A stretch of DNA of 10,912 nt, from IMG/VR virus record IMGVR_UViG_2667527592_000012. One strand, 5' to 3'. This document shows, one piece after another, positions 1-7,836 of this stretch. The DNA is from a virus. Its lineage: Duplodnaviria; Heunggongvirae; Uroviricota; Caudoviricetes. The translations under genes were made by a program, and so were the position numbers. The notes below the pieces were generated by a model. The model made no database searches and was not told the DNA's origin. It saw only the letters and a list, made by a program, of their open reading frames with translations. The number at the start of each line of letters is the position of its first letter. Position 1 is the first letter of the stretch.

Positions 1-234
1 CATGAGGAACAAATTGCCGCAGCCGAACTGGAAAAGCAGCAATTGATTAATCAGGTCAACGAATACATAAACAGTAAGCAATGGCCTGGTAAAGCGGCGA
101 TTGGTCGCCTGAAAGGTGAGGAACTGGCGCAATATAATTTGTGGCTGGATTATCTGGACGCACTGGAACTGGTCGATACTTCCGGTGCGCCAGATACTGA
201 ATGGCCTACGCCTCCGGCAGTTCAGGCCAGATGA
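1..234 (+). CDS. Tail fibre assembly protein (Tfa/gpG-like), C-terminal part; 5' end truncated by the window edge
   Basis: Frame 1 is open from position 1 to TGA at 232-234. The C-terminus ...LDYLDALELVDTSGAPDTEWPTPP resembles the C-terminus of the inverted tfa at 206..808 (...LDYIDAVTATDTSTAPDVIWPELP). The Met at 43 is internal. Confidence 0.75.
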   Translation, partial: HEEQIAAAELEKQQLINQVNEYINSKQWPGKAAIGRLKGEELAQYNLWLDYLDALELVDTSGAPDTEWPTPPAVQAR

Positions 235-808
235 CGTCCGGCGCGGTGCTGGTATCTGTTGCCGTCACCGCGTCAATGTAATCCAGCACAGCGTTAAGTC
301 GGGTGTTTTCTGTCTGCATCAGCTTCCGCCCGGCCTGCAATTTCAGTTGAATCAGACTAATGGAAGCCATTGCAGTATCAATCAGTGACTGACGCTGTGC
401 TTCTGCCGCGCCTACTGCGGCGCTATGCTGTGCCTCAGTATCTGTCACCCATTTCTCACCATCCCATTCATCGTATGGCGTTAACGGGGCGATAGTGGTT
501 GTATTTTCAGGATAATCACCCGGAGCTGTGATTTCTTTCGATTCTCCTGTTTCGGTGCTATAGATGATTTCACCGCGATGGTCTGGCACATATTCCCATG
601 AGTTAAAATCTGCAGAACGGCAGATTGCATAACCAGCTTTATGTGTAACTGGTGCATCTAAACAGGAACATGCCGGGATACCGACGCCAACCGCAAGATA
701 TTCAGTTGATGTGGAAATATATTCCCGCGTTTCACCATCATAATTATAAATGGTAATGTCTCCCGCTTTTATGGCAATGAGTTCGTTATTTAATACGGCT
801 TTATTCAT
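206..808 (-). CDS. Tail fibre assembly protein (Tfa), alternative copy inside the invertible segment
   Basis: 200-aa ORF. Start ATG (806-808, - strand) overlaps the stop of the upstream fibre cassette as ATGA. 3' end converges on and overlaps the + strand tfa by 29 bp, the U/U'-type arrangement of Mu G-segment-like switches. Confidence 0.8.
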   Translation of the reverse strand: MNKAVLNNELIAIKAGDITIYNYDGETREYISTSTEYLAVGVGIPACSCLDAPVTHKAGYAICRSADFNSWEYVPDHRGEIIYSTETGESKEITAPGDYPENTTTIAPLTPYDEWDGEKWVTDTEAQHSAAVGAAEAQRQSLIDTAMASISLIQLKLQAGRKLMQTENTRLNAVLDYIDAVTATDTSTAPDVIWPELPEA

Positions 809-1359
809 CAGGCAGCCCTCACGATATAATTAAAGGCAATGTTACGAGGACGGTTTTCGTTTGCAGTTGGAACAATTCTTGAAGCATCAAGGCCAATCAC
901 TTTTGGGTAAACAGCGCCGTCTGCTCTTTCTGTCACCATACTTCTGGTTAAGGAGAAATAACTATTGTTTGTAGAGGGACTCAAAGGCACCACTGCTCCC
1001 TTAAACGAGCTTGCTGCTTCCCATATTGAATAATTTTCGGTGTTTACAGTCTTGAACTCACCATAGATATTACGTATGGCATCGCCCTGAGCTGATAATA
1101 TTGCCCTCCCCGTATCCATACCACGTCCGTCATCCCAGCCACGAATAAACTCACCACGTAAATCAGGCAATTTATTTGTCGGGTAAGCCTTTGCCAGTTC
1201 CGGGTATTCTTCAGCAGAAAAAGCTGCTCCGTTGCATTTTAGCCAGCCTGTTGGCGGAGTGGCTGAGGGCCACGGAACAGGTACGCCAGCAGGCAATGCT
1301 GAGCCTTCTCCTAAACCAACGTTTATGAAAATGCAGAGATTACGGCTAACTGGCATCAT
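808..1359 (-). CDS. Alternative tail fibre C-terminal (receptor-binding) cassette, silent in this orientation; probably has no start codon of its own and is fused to the constant fibre N-terminus after inversion
   Basis: Translation contains ...PVPWPSATPPTGWLKCNGAAFSAEEYPELAKAYPTNKLPDLRGEFIRGWDDGRG..., which I recognise as the conserved start of enterobacterial phage tail fibre variable regions. The crossover site lies within its 5' end. The Met at 1359 in the ORF track is probably incidental. Confidence 0.7.
   Translation of the reverse strand: MMPVSRNLCIFINVGLGEGSALPAGVPVPWPSATPPTGWLKCNGAAFSAEEYPELAKAYPTNKLPDLRGEFIRGWDDGRGMDTGRAILSAQGDAIRNIYGEFKTVNTENYSIWEAASSFKGAVVPLSPSTNNSYFSLTRSMVTERADGAVYPKVIGLDASRIVPTANENRPRNIAFNYIVRAA
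1306..1331. other. Hin/Gin/Cin-family inversion crossover site (12-2-12 imperfect dyad, central AA)
   Basis: TTCTCCTAAACC-AA-CGTTTATGAAAA: the left half TTCTCCTAAACC and the reverse complement of the right half TTTTCATAAACG agree at 9 of 12 positions. It resembles hix/gix sites as I recall them. It sits just upstream of the invertase gene and at the constant/variable junction of the fibre cassette. Confidence 0.65.
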
Positions 1360-1380
1360 CTCCGGTTTTTATTCAGAGGG

Positions 1381-1953
1381 ATGATCATGCTTATTGGCTA
1401 TGTACGCGTGTCAACAAATGACCAGAACACCGATTTGCAACGTAATGCACTGAACTGCGCGGGATGTGAGCGGATTTTTGAGGATAAAATCAGTGGCACC
1501 AAGTCCGACAGACCAGGGCTGAAAAAGCTGCTCAGGACACTATCGGCAGGTGACACACTGGTTGTCTGGAAGCTGGACAGGTTGGGGCGCAGTATGCGGC
1601 ATCTTGTTACTCTGATAGAAGAGTTGCGCCAGCGCGGCGTGAATTTCAGAAGTCTGACTGACAGTATTGATACCAGTACCCCAATGGGCCGTTTCTTTTT
1701 TCATGTCATGGGTGCCCTGGCTGAAATGGAACGCGAACTGATAGTTGAACGTACCAGGGCAGGGCTGGCTGCAGCTCGTGCTAAAGGCAGAGTAGGTGGA
1801 CGCCGTCCTAAGTTGACTACCGAACAGTGGGCACAGATTGGACGTTTACTCGAGGCCGGAGAATCAAGACAGCGTATTGCACTGATTTTTGATGTGGGCG
1901 TTTCTACCATTTATAGAAAATTTCCGGCGAATGAGAACAATGAATCGCCCTGA
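1381..1953 (+). CDS. Serine recombinase, DNA invertase (Gin/Hin/Pin/Cin family)
   Basis: 190-aa ORF; N-terminus MLIGYVRVSTNDQNTDLQRNAL... with the catalytic Ser in YVRVSTNDQ, and C-terminal HTH. Closely resembles Gin/Pin as recalled. The true start may be ATG 1387, which has GAGGG 8 nt upstream. Confidence 0.93.
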   Translation: MIMLIGYVRVSTNDQNTDLQRNALNCAGCERIFEDKISGTKSDRPGLKKLLRTLSAGDTLVVWKLDRLGRSMRHLVTLIEELRQRGVNFRSLTDSIDTSTPMGRFFFHVMGALAEMERELIVERTRAGLAAARAKGRVGGRRPKLTTEQWAQIGRLLEAGESRQRIALIFDVGVSTIYRKFPANENNESP

Positions 1954-2001
1954 GTCAGCATTATTTTGATTTTTCCTGTAAGCGGACAAATACCGTTATT
2001 T

Positions 2002-2019
2002 TGTGTGAATAACGACACA
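2002..2019 (+). promoter_or_regulatory. TGT-N12-ACA element, candidate Ogr/Delta activator site of the late promoter for the FI operon
   Basis: TGTGTGAATAACGACACA lies about 80 bp upstream of the FI start. P2-type late promoters carry TGT-N12-ACA centred near -55 (recalled). Transcription start and -10 not resolved. Confidence 0.55.
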
Positions 2020-2095
2020 ACTGCGCTTAGCTGTTTGTCAGGCACAATCACTTCAACATAGGGCGAAGCCTAATCCAATCAGGAGGTTCGCCACT

Positions 2096-3268
2096 ATGGC
2101 TCAGGATTACCACCACGGAGTGCGCGTTGTTGAAGTCAACGAAGGCACCCGATCCATTACCACGGTGAGCACCGCCATCGTGGGTATGGTCTGCACGGGC
2201 GATGATGCCGATGCAAAAATGTTTCCTCTTAATAAACCCGTGCTGATCACTGATGTGCTGACTGCCAGCGGTAAAGCGGGTGAGTCCGGCACGCTGGCCC
2301 GTTCGCTGGATGCCATCGCTGACCAGGCAAAACCCGTGACCGTTGTTGTGCGTGTGCCGCAGGGGGAAACGGAAGAAGAAACCACGACCAATATCATCGG
2401 CGCAGTGACTGCTGAAGGTAAAAAAACAGGCATGAAAGCTCTGTTATCTGCCCAGTCACAGCTCGGCGTTAAACCGCGCATTCTCGGCGTGCCAGGCCAC
2501 GATAACAAAGCCGTTGCGACTGAGTTGCTGAGAGTGGCGCAAAGCCTGCGTGGGTTTGCTTACCTGTCAGCGTATGGCTGCAAGACAGTGCAGGAGGCGA
2601 TCACTTACCGCGAAAACTTCAGCCAGCGCGAAGGGATGCTGATCTGGCCTGACTTTACTGGCTGGGACACGGTGCTGAATGCCGAAGCAACGGCATATGC
2701 CACCGCTCGTGCGCTCGGTCTGCGCGCCAAAATTGATGAGCAGACCGGGTGGCACAAAAGCCTGTCCAACGTGGGCGTGAACGGTGTCACCGGAATTTCT
2801 GCTGATGTGTTCTGGGATCTGCAGGACCCGGCAACCGATGCGGGACTGCTTAACCAGAACGACGTCACCACGCTTGTGCGCAAGGATGGTTTCCGCTTCT
2901 GGGGTTCCCGCTGTCTGAGCGATGATCCGCTTTTTGCCTTCGAAAACTACACCCGCACGGCGCAGGTGCTGACGGACACAATGGCAGAAGCGCACATGTG
3001 GGCGGTGGACAAACCGCTGAACCCGTCGCTGGCGCGCGACATTATCGAGGGCATCCGCGCCAAAATGCGCAGCCTGGTCAGTCAGGGCTATCTCATTGGT
3101 GGTGATTGCTGGCTGGACGAGTCAGTGAACGACAAAGACACGCTGAAAGCCGGAAAACTCACCATCGACTATGACTACACGCCAGTGCCACCACTTGAAA
3201 ATCTGATGCTGCGCCAGCGCATCACCGATCAGTACCTGGTGAATTTCGCCAGCCAGGTCAGCGCGTAA
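2096..3268 (+). CDS. FI: Tail sheath protein (P2 gpFI family)
   Basis: 390 aa; AGGAGG 9 nt upstream of ATG. Sequence [19 protein letters not shown]...[21 protein letters not shown] matches P2 FI as recalled. Confidence 0.95.
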   Translation: MAQDYHHGVRVVEVNEGTRSITTVSTAIVGMVCTGDDADAKMFPLNKPVLITDVLTASGKAGESGTLARSLDAIADQAKPVTVVVRVPQGETEEETTTNIIGAVTAEGKKTGMKALLSAQSQLGVKPRILGVPGHDNKAVATELLRVAQSLRGFAYLSAYGCKTVQEAITYRENFSQREGMLIWPDFTGWDTVLNAEATAYATARALGLRAKIDEQTGWHKSLSNVGVNGVTGISADVFWDLQDPATDAGLLNQNDVTTLVRKDGFRFWGSRCLSDDPLFAFENYTRTAQVLTDTMAEAHMWAVDKPLNPSLARDIIEGIRAKMRSLVSQGYLIGGDCWLDESVNDKDTLKAGKLTIDYDYTPVPPLENLMLRQRITDQYLVNFASQVSA

Positions 3269-3277
3269 GGGGATAAC

Positions 3278-3793
3278 ATGGCTTTACCACGCAAATTAAA
3301 ACATCTGAACCTGTTTAACGACGGGAACAACTGGCAGGGGATCGTAGAGTCGCTGACGCTGCCGAAATTCACCCGCAAATATGAGAAGTATCGCGGCGGT
3401 GGAATGCCTGGTGCAGTTGATGTGGATCTGGGGCTTGATGACAGTGCGCTGGACACAGAATTTTCCATTGGTGGTACTGAACTGCTGCTGTTTAAGCAGA
3501 TGGGCAAAGCCACGGTGGATGGCATCCAGTTGCGCTTTACCGGCTCTATCCAGCGTGACGATACCGGAGAAGTGCAGGCCGTGGAGCTTGTGGTGCGTGG
3601 ACGTCACAAAGAAGTGGATTCCGGCGAGTGGAAGACGGGCGAAAGCAACACCACCAAAGTGACCAGTACCAACAGCTACGCGAAGCTGACCATCAATGGT
3701 GAGGTGCTCTATGAAGTGGACCTTATCAACATGGTGGAAATTGTGGACGGTATGGACCTGATGGAAGCGCACCGCAACGCCCTCGGCCTCTGA
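3278..3793 (+). CDS. FII: Tail tube protein (P2 gpFII family)
   Basis: 171 aa; MALPRKLKHLNLFNDG...; starts 10 nt after the FI stop; size and N-terminus match P2 FII as recalled. Confidence 0.93.
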   Translation: MALPRKLKHLNLFNDGNNWQGIVESLTLPKFTRKYEKYRGGGMPGAVDVDLGLDDSALDTEFSIGGTELLLFKQMGKATVDGIQLRFTGSIQRDDTGEVQAVELVVRGRHKEVDSGEWKTGESNTTKVTSTNSYAKLTINGEVLYEVDLINMVEIVDGMDLMEAHRNALGL

Positions 3794-3804
3794 TATATCT
3801 GAAC

Positions 3805-3822
3805 GGCGCGGGATACCGCGCC
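3805..3822 (+). other. GC-rich hairpin (7-bp stem GGCGCGG/CCGCGCC, loop GATA) between FII and E; no following T-tract
   Basis: Perfect 7-bp inverted repeat read directly from the sequence. Possible attenuator or RNA-stability element. Confidence 0.35.
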
Positions 3823-3847
3823 AGAACCCAATTTACAGGACAGCAAA

Positions 3848-4150
3848 ATGAGTGATAAGCAGACTGAAAAGACCATTCAACTGGATACCCCCATCAAGCG
3901 CGGTAAAACAGAAATCACCGAAATTGTGCTGCGTAAACCGCAGTCCGGTGCGCTGCGCGGTACACGCCTGCAGGCCATTATGGATATGGATGTGAACGCG
4001 ATGATGACCGTGATCCCCCGCATCTCCAGTCCGGCACTGACTGCACAGGAAATTGCAGAGATGGACCCGGCAGATCTCACTGCCATGTCGGTTGAGGTTG
4101 TCACTTTTTTGTTGAAGAAGTCGGTGCTTGCCGGTTTACCGACAGCCTGA
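3848..4150 (+). CDS. E: Tail assembly chaperone gpE (zero-frame product)
   Basis: 100-aa ORF directly upstream of the tape measure gene; contains the slippery heptamer near its 3' end. Confidence 0.9.
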   Translation: MSDKQTEKTIQLDTPIKRGKTEITEIVLRKPQSGALRGTRLQAIMDMDVNAMMTVIPRISSPALTAQEIAEMDPADLTAMSVEVVTFLLKKSVLAGLPTA

Positions 4151-4284
4151 CGGTTGACGATCTGGTGGCAGATATCGCCACCATTTTTCACTGGCCGCCA
4201 TCCGTTACTGACGTTATGCCGCTGACCGAAGTGCTGGAATGGCGGTATAAAGCGATTCAGAGAAGCGGGGCCAACGATGAGTGA
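3848..4284 (+). CDS. Tail assembly chaperone E+E' (-1 frameshift fusion product)
   Basis: Shifting -1 at 4105-4111 gives ...FFVEEVGACRFTDSLTVDDLVADIATIFHWPPSVTDVMPLTEVLEWRYKAIQRSGANDE*, resembling the P2 E' extension as recalled. It overlaps the T start (4277) by 8 nt. Confidence 0.8.
4105..4111 (+). other. Programmed -1 ribosomal frameshift site (slippery heptamer TTTTTTG)
   Basis: T6G within the last codons of E (..ACT TTT TTG..). The -1 frame is open from here to TGA at 4282-4284. Confidence 0.8.
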
Positions 4285-7200
4285 TAATAACCTGCGGCTG
4301 CAGGTCATTCTTAATGCGGTTGACAAACTCACCCGCCCATTCCGTGCTGCACAGGCCAGTTCGAAAGAGCTGGCTGGCGCAATCAGAAACTCCCGTGACG
4401 CATTAAAGCAACTCAATCAGGCGGGTAACAGCCTGGAAAAATTTCGCAAGCTGCAGGCCGATAACAAGAAGTTAGGCGACAGGCTGAACTATGCCAGACA
4501 GAAGGCTAATTTGCTTAGCTCTGAGCTGGAGTCGATGGAACAACCATCACAACGGCACCTTGTGGCTTTAGGTCGGCAAACGCTGGCAGTCCAACGTCTG
4601 GAAGAACAACAAAAATATTTGCAGAAGCAAACGGCGCTTGTGCGTGCAGAACTGTACCGGGCGGGAATTTCTGCGAAAGATGATGCGGGAGCAACTGCCC
4701 GTTTAGCCCGTGAAACATCACGTTATAACCAGGAACTGTTGAAACAGGAGGCGCGGCTGAAGCGACTGGGGGAAGCTCAGCGCAGGATGAATGCAGCGCG
4801 TGCCAGTTATGCCCGTTCGCTGGAGGTGCGCGATCGCATCGCTGGAGCCGGAGCCACCACCACGGCTGCAGGGCTGGCAGTGGGGACGCCAGTGATGGCG
4901 GCAGTAAAAAGCTATACCAGCATGGAAGATGCCATGAAAGGTGTGGCAAAGCAGGTCAATGGTCTGCGTGACGATAATGGCAACCGCACTGCACGTTTTT
5001 ATGAAATGCAGGATGCCATCAAGGCTGCCAGCGAACAGTTGCCGATGGAAAACGGTGCGGTGGACTTCGCTGCACTGGTTGAAGGTGGTGCGCGCATGAA
5101 CGTCGCAAACCCTGACGACAGCTGGGAAGACCAGAAACGTGACCTGCTGGCCTTCGCCAGTACGGCAGCAAAGGCGGCAACAGCCTTTGAGCTGCCAGCG
5201 GATGAACTGTCAGAAAGTCTGGGGAAAATCGCCCAGCTCTACAAAATACCTACCCGCAATATTGAACAGCTCGGCGATGCGCTGAACTATCTGGATGATA
5301 ACGCCATGTCGAAAGGGGCGGACATCATTGATGTCATGCAACGTCTGGGCGGTGTGGCTGACCGTCTGGATTATCGTAAAGCGGCGGCACTGGGTTCCAC
5401 CTTTCTGACACTGGGCGCTGCGCCGGAGGTTGCAGCCAGTGCAGCAAACGCGATGGTGCGTGAATTGTCCATTGCCACCATGCAAAGCAAGAGTTTCTTT
5501 GAAGGGATGAATCTGCTGAAACTCAATCCTGAAGTGATTGAAAAGCAGATGACGAAGGATGCGATGGGAACTATCCAGCGTGTGCTGGAGAAGGTGAATG
5601 CTCTGCCGCAGGACAAGCGTCTGTCTGCCATGACCATGTTGTTTGGTAAAGAGTTTGGTGATGACGCGGCGAAACTGGCAAACAACCTTCCGGAACTGCA
5701 GCGCCAGCTAAAACTGACAGCGGGCAATGATGCGCTCGGTTCCATGCAGAAAGAATCCGACATCAACAAAGACTCACTTTCTGCTCAGTGGTTGCTGGTC
5801 AAAACCGGAGCGCAGAACACCTTCAGCAGCCTGGGCGAAACGCTGCGCCAGCCGCTGATGGATATTCTGTACACGGTGAAAAGCATCACGGGGGCGTTGC
5901 GCCGCTGGGTGGAAGCTAACCCGGAACTGACAGGCACACTGATGAAAGTAGCGGCTGTTGTGGCTGCGGTTACCGTAGGCCTCGGCACCTTAGCGGTGGC
6001 GCTGGCTGCAGTGCTGGGGCCGCTGGCAGTCATCCGTCTGGGATTCTCTGTGCTGGGTATCAAAACGTTACCTTCTGTTACGGCAGCAGTAACACGAACC
6101 AGCAGCGCGTTGTCCTGGTTAGCTGGCGCTCCACTGGCACTGCTGCGACGCGGGCTTGCTTCATCGGGCAACGCAGCGGGTTTACTTACTGCTCCGTTGT
6201 CGTCTTTGCGTCGCACGGCATCACTGACGGGGAATGTCCTGAAAACTGTAGCAGGTGCGCCGGTTGCACTGTTCCGGTCTGGATTATCCGGTTTACGTGC
6301 TGTTGCTGTGATGTTTATGAATCCTTTGGCGGTACTGCGCGGTGGACTGGCCGCCGCAGGCACGGTGCTGCGAGTACTGGCATCTGGTCCACTGGCGATG
6401 CTGCGCGTTGCCCTGTATGCCGTATCTGGTCTGTTAGGTGCTCTGCTCAGTCCGATAGGTCTTGTGGTTACTGCGCTGGCGGACGTGGCGCTGGTTGTCT
6501 GGAAATACTGGCAACCCATCACCGCATTTCTCGGTGGCGTGGTGGAAGGATTCAAAGCGGCGGCAGGACCCATCAGTGCCGCATTCGAACCGCTTAAGCC
6601 TGTGTTCCAGTGGATTGGCGACAAAGTGCAGGCGCTGTGGGGCTGGTTTACTGATTTGCTGACGCCCGTTAAGTCGACTTCTGCCGAACTGCAGAGCGCA
6701 GCGGCAATGGGGCGACGATTCGGGGAGGCACTGGCGGAAGGGCTGAATATGGTCATGCATCCGCTGGACTCCCTGAAATCCGGCGTATCCTGGTTGCTGG
6801 AAAAACTCGGCATTGTCAGTAAAGAGGCCGCAAAGGCGAAACTGCCGGAAAGCGTGACGCGTCAGCAACCTGCGACGGTGAATGCAGACGGTAAAGTGAT
6901 GATGCCATCGGGTGGTTTTCCGTCATGGGGATATGGCTTTGCGGGGATGTATGACAGCGGCGGCTATATCCCGCGCGGGCAGTTTGGCATCGTCGGTGAA
7001 AACGGGCCGGAAATTGTTAACGGCCCGGCAAATGTGACCAGCCGGAGAAATACAGCTTCACTGGCTGCCGTTGTTGCTGGAATGATGGGCGTTGCTGCCG
7101 CGCCTGCAGAGCTTCCACCGTTGCATCCTTTGGCACTTCCCTCGAAAGGCGGCGAAGCGATGGTGAGTCGTGCAGCCACTGTGCCGCCCGTTCAACGGAT

Positions 7201-7354
7201 TGAGGCACCGACGCAGATCATCATTCAGACGCAGCCAGGACAAAGTGCGCAGGATATTGCGCGGGAGGTGGCCCGCCAGCTTGATGAACGTGAACGCAGG
7301 CTGAAGGCAAAAGCCAGGAGTAACTACAGCGATCAGGGGGGATACGACGCATGA
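4277..7354 (+). CDS. T: Tail tape measure protein (P2 gpT family)
   Basis: 1025 aa; coiled-coil-rich N-terminal third, central hydrophobic repeat region, Gly-rich C-terminus; located between E/E' and U. Confidence 0.93.
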   Translation: MSDNNLRLQVILNAVDKLTRPFRAAQASSKELAGAIRNSRDALKQLNQAGNSLEKFRKLQADNKKLGDRLNYARQKANLLSSELESMEQPSQRHLVALGRQTLAVQRLEEQQKYLQKQTALVRAELYRAGISAKDDAGATARLARETSRYNQELLKQEARLKRLGEAQRRMNAARASYARSLEVRDRIAGAGATTTAAGLAVGTPVMAAVKSYTSMEDAMKGVAKQVNGLRDDNGNRTARFYEMQDAIKAASEQLPMENGAVDFAALVEGGARMNVANPDDSWEDQKRDLLAFASTAAKAATAFELPADELSESLGKIAQLYKIPTRNIEQLGDALNYLDDNAMSKGADIIDVMQRLGGVADRLDYRKAAALGSTFLTLGAAPEVAASAANAMVRELSIATMQSKSFFEGMNLLKLNPEVIEKQMTKDAMGTIQRVLEKVNALPQDKRLSAMTMLFGKEFGDDAAKLANNLPELQRQLKLTAGNDALGSMQKESDINKDSLSAQWLLVKTGAQNTFSSLGETLRQPLMDILYTVKSITGALRRWVEANPELTGTLMKVAAVVAAVTVGLGTLAVALAAVLGPLAVIRLGFSVLGIKTLPSVTAAVTRTSSALSWLAGAPLALLRRGLASSGNAAGLLTAPLSSLRRTASLTGNVLKTVAGAPVALFRSGLSGLRAVAVMFMNPLAVLRGGLAAAGTVLRVLASGPLAMLRVALYAVSGLLGALLSPIGLVVTALADVALVVWKYWQPITAFLGGVVEGFKAAAGPISAAFEPLKPVFQWIGDKVQALWGWFTDLLTPVKSTSAELQSAAAMGRRFGEALAEGLNMVMHPLDSLKSGVSWLLEKLGIVSKEAAKAKLPESVTRQQPATVNADGKVMMPSGGFPSWGYGFAGMYDSGGYIPRGQFGIVGENGPEIVNGPANVTSRRNTASLAAVVAGMMGVAAAPAELPPLHPLALPSKGGEAMVSRAATVPPVQRIEAPTQIIIQTQPGQSAQDIAREVARQLDERERRLKAKARSNYSDQGGYDA

Positions 7355-7836
7355 TGATGGTGCTGGGATTGTACGTGTTTATGCTGCGCACTGTGCCGTA
7401 TCAGGAACTGCAGTATCAACGCAGCTGGCGACATGCGGCAAACAGCCGGGTCAACCGACGTCCGTCCATGCAGTTTCTGGGACCGGACAACGACATGCTG
7501 ACGCTTTCTGGTGTTCTTATGCCGGAGATAACGGGCGGCAGGCTGTCGTTGCTGGCTCTGGAGCAGATGGCAGAACAGGGAAAAGCATGGCCCCTGATTG
7601 AAGGCAGCGGCACGATTTACGGCATGTATGTGATTGAGGGACTGAATCAGACTAAAACGGAGTTTTTCCGCGATGGTATGCCGCGCCGGATTGAGTTCAC
7701 CCTGTCGCTCAAACGGGTGGATGAATCCCTGTCCGATATGTTCGGTGATCTCAGTGCGCAGCTGAATAATTTGCAGGATACGGCAACGTCTGCCTTAAGC
7801 GATATCAGTAAAACGGTGGGAGGGCTGCTGTCGTGA
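7351..7836 (+). CDS. U: Tail protein gpU (tail completion/terminator family)
   Basis: 161 aa; start overlaps the T stop (ATGATGATG; true start may be 7354 or 7357); position and size as in P2. Confidence 0.88.
   Translation: MMMVLGLYVFMLRTVPYQELQYQRSWRHAANSRVNRRPSMQFLGPDNDMLTLSGVLMPEITGGRLSLLALEQMAEQGKAWPLIEGSGTIYGMYVIEGLNQTKTEFFRDGMPRRIEFTLSLKRVDESLSDMFGDLSAQLNNLQDTATSALSDISKTVGGLLS

Noticed and set aside
116-388. 90-aa + strand ORF spanning the convergent tfa ends
   Set aside because: Out of frame with the open tfa frame on the + strand and antisense to the - strand tfa; Cys/Trp/Arg-rich translation looks like a chance frame.
2420-2426. A7 run inside FI as a possible slippery or phase-variable site
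   Set aside because: It reads in frame as GKKT within a conserved protein and there is no alternative open frame downstream.
2107-3772. Several - strand ORFs (2107-2508, 2567-2995, 2605-2883, 3229-3525, 3296-3772) and the + strand ORF 3381-3662 overlapping FI/FII
   Set aside because: They lie within or antisense to the sheath and tube genes, whose identity is strong; no independent support.
3877-4416. 179-aa - strand ORF overlapping E, E' and the T start
   Set aside because: Antisense to the frameshift region, whose two coding frames are both supported.
5785-6813. 342-aa ORF on the - strand inside the tape measure gene, with further - strand ORFs at 4515-4949, 5210-5769 and 6434-6868
   Set aside because: Antisense to a well-supported T gene; Ala/Ser/Pro/Arg-rich low-complexity translation typical of GC-rich antisense frames; no ribosome-binding context.
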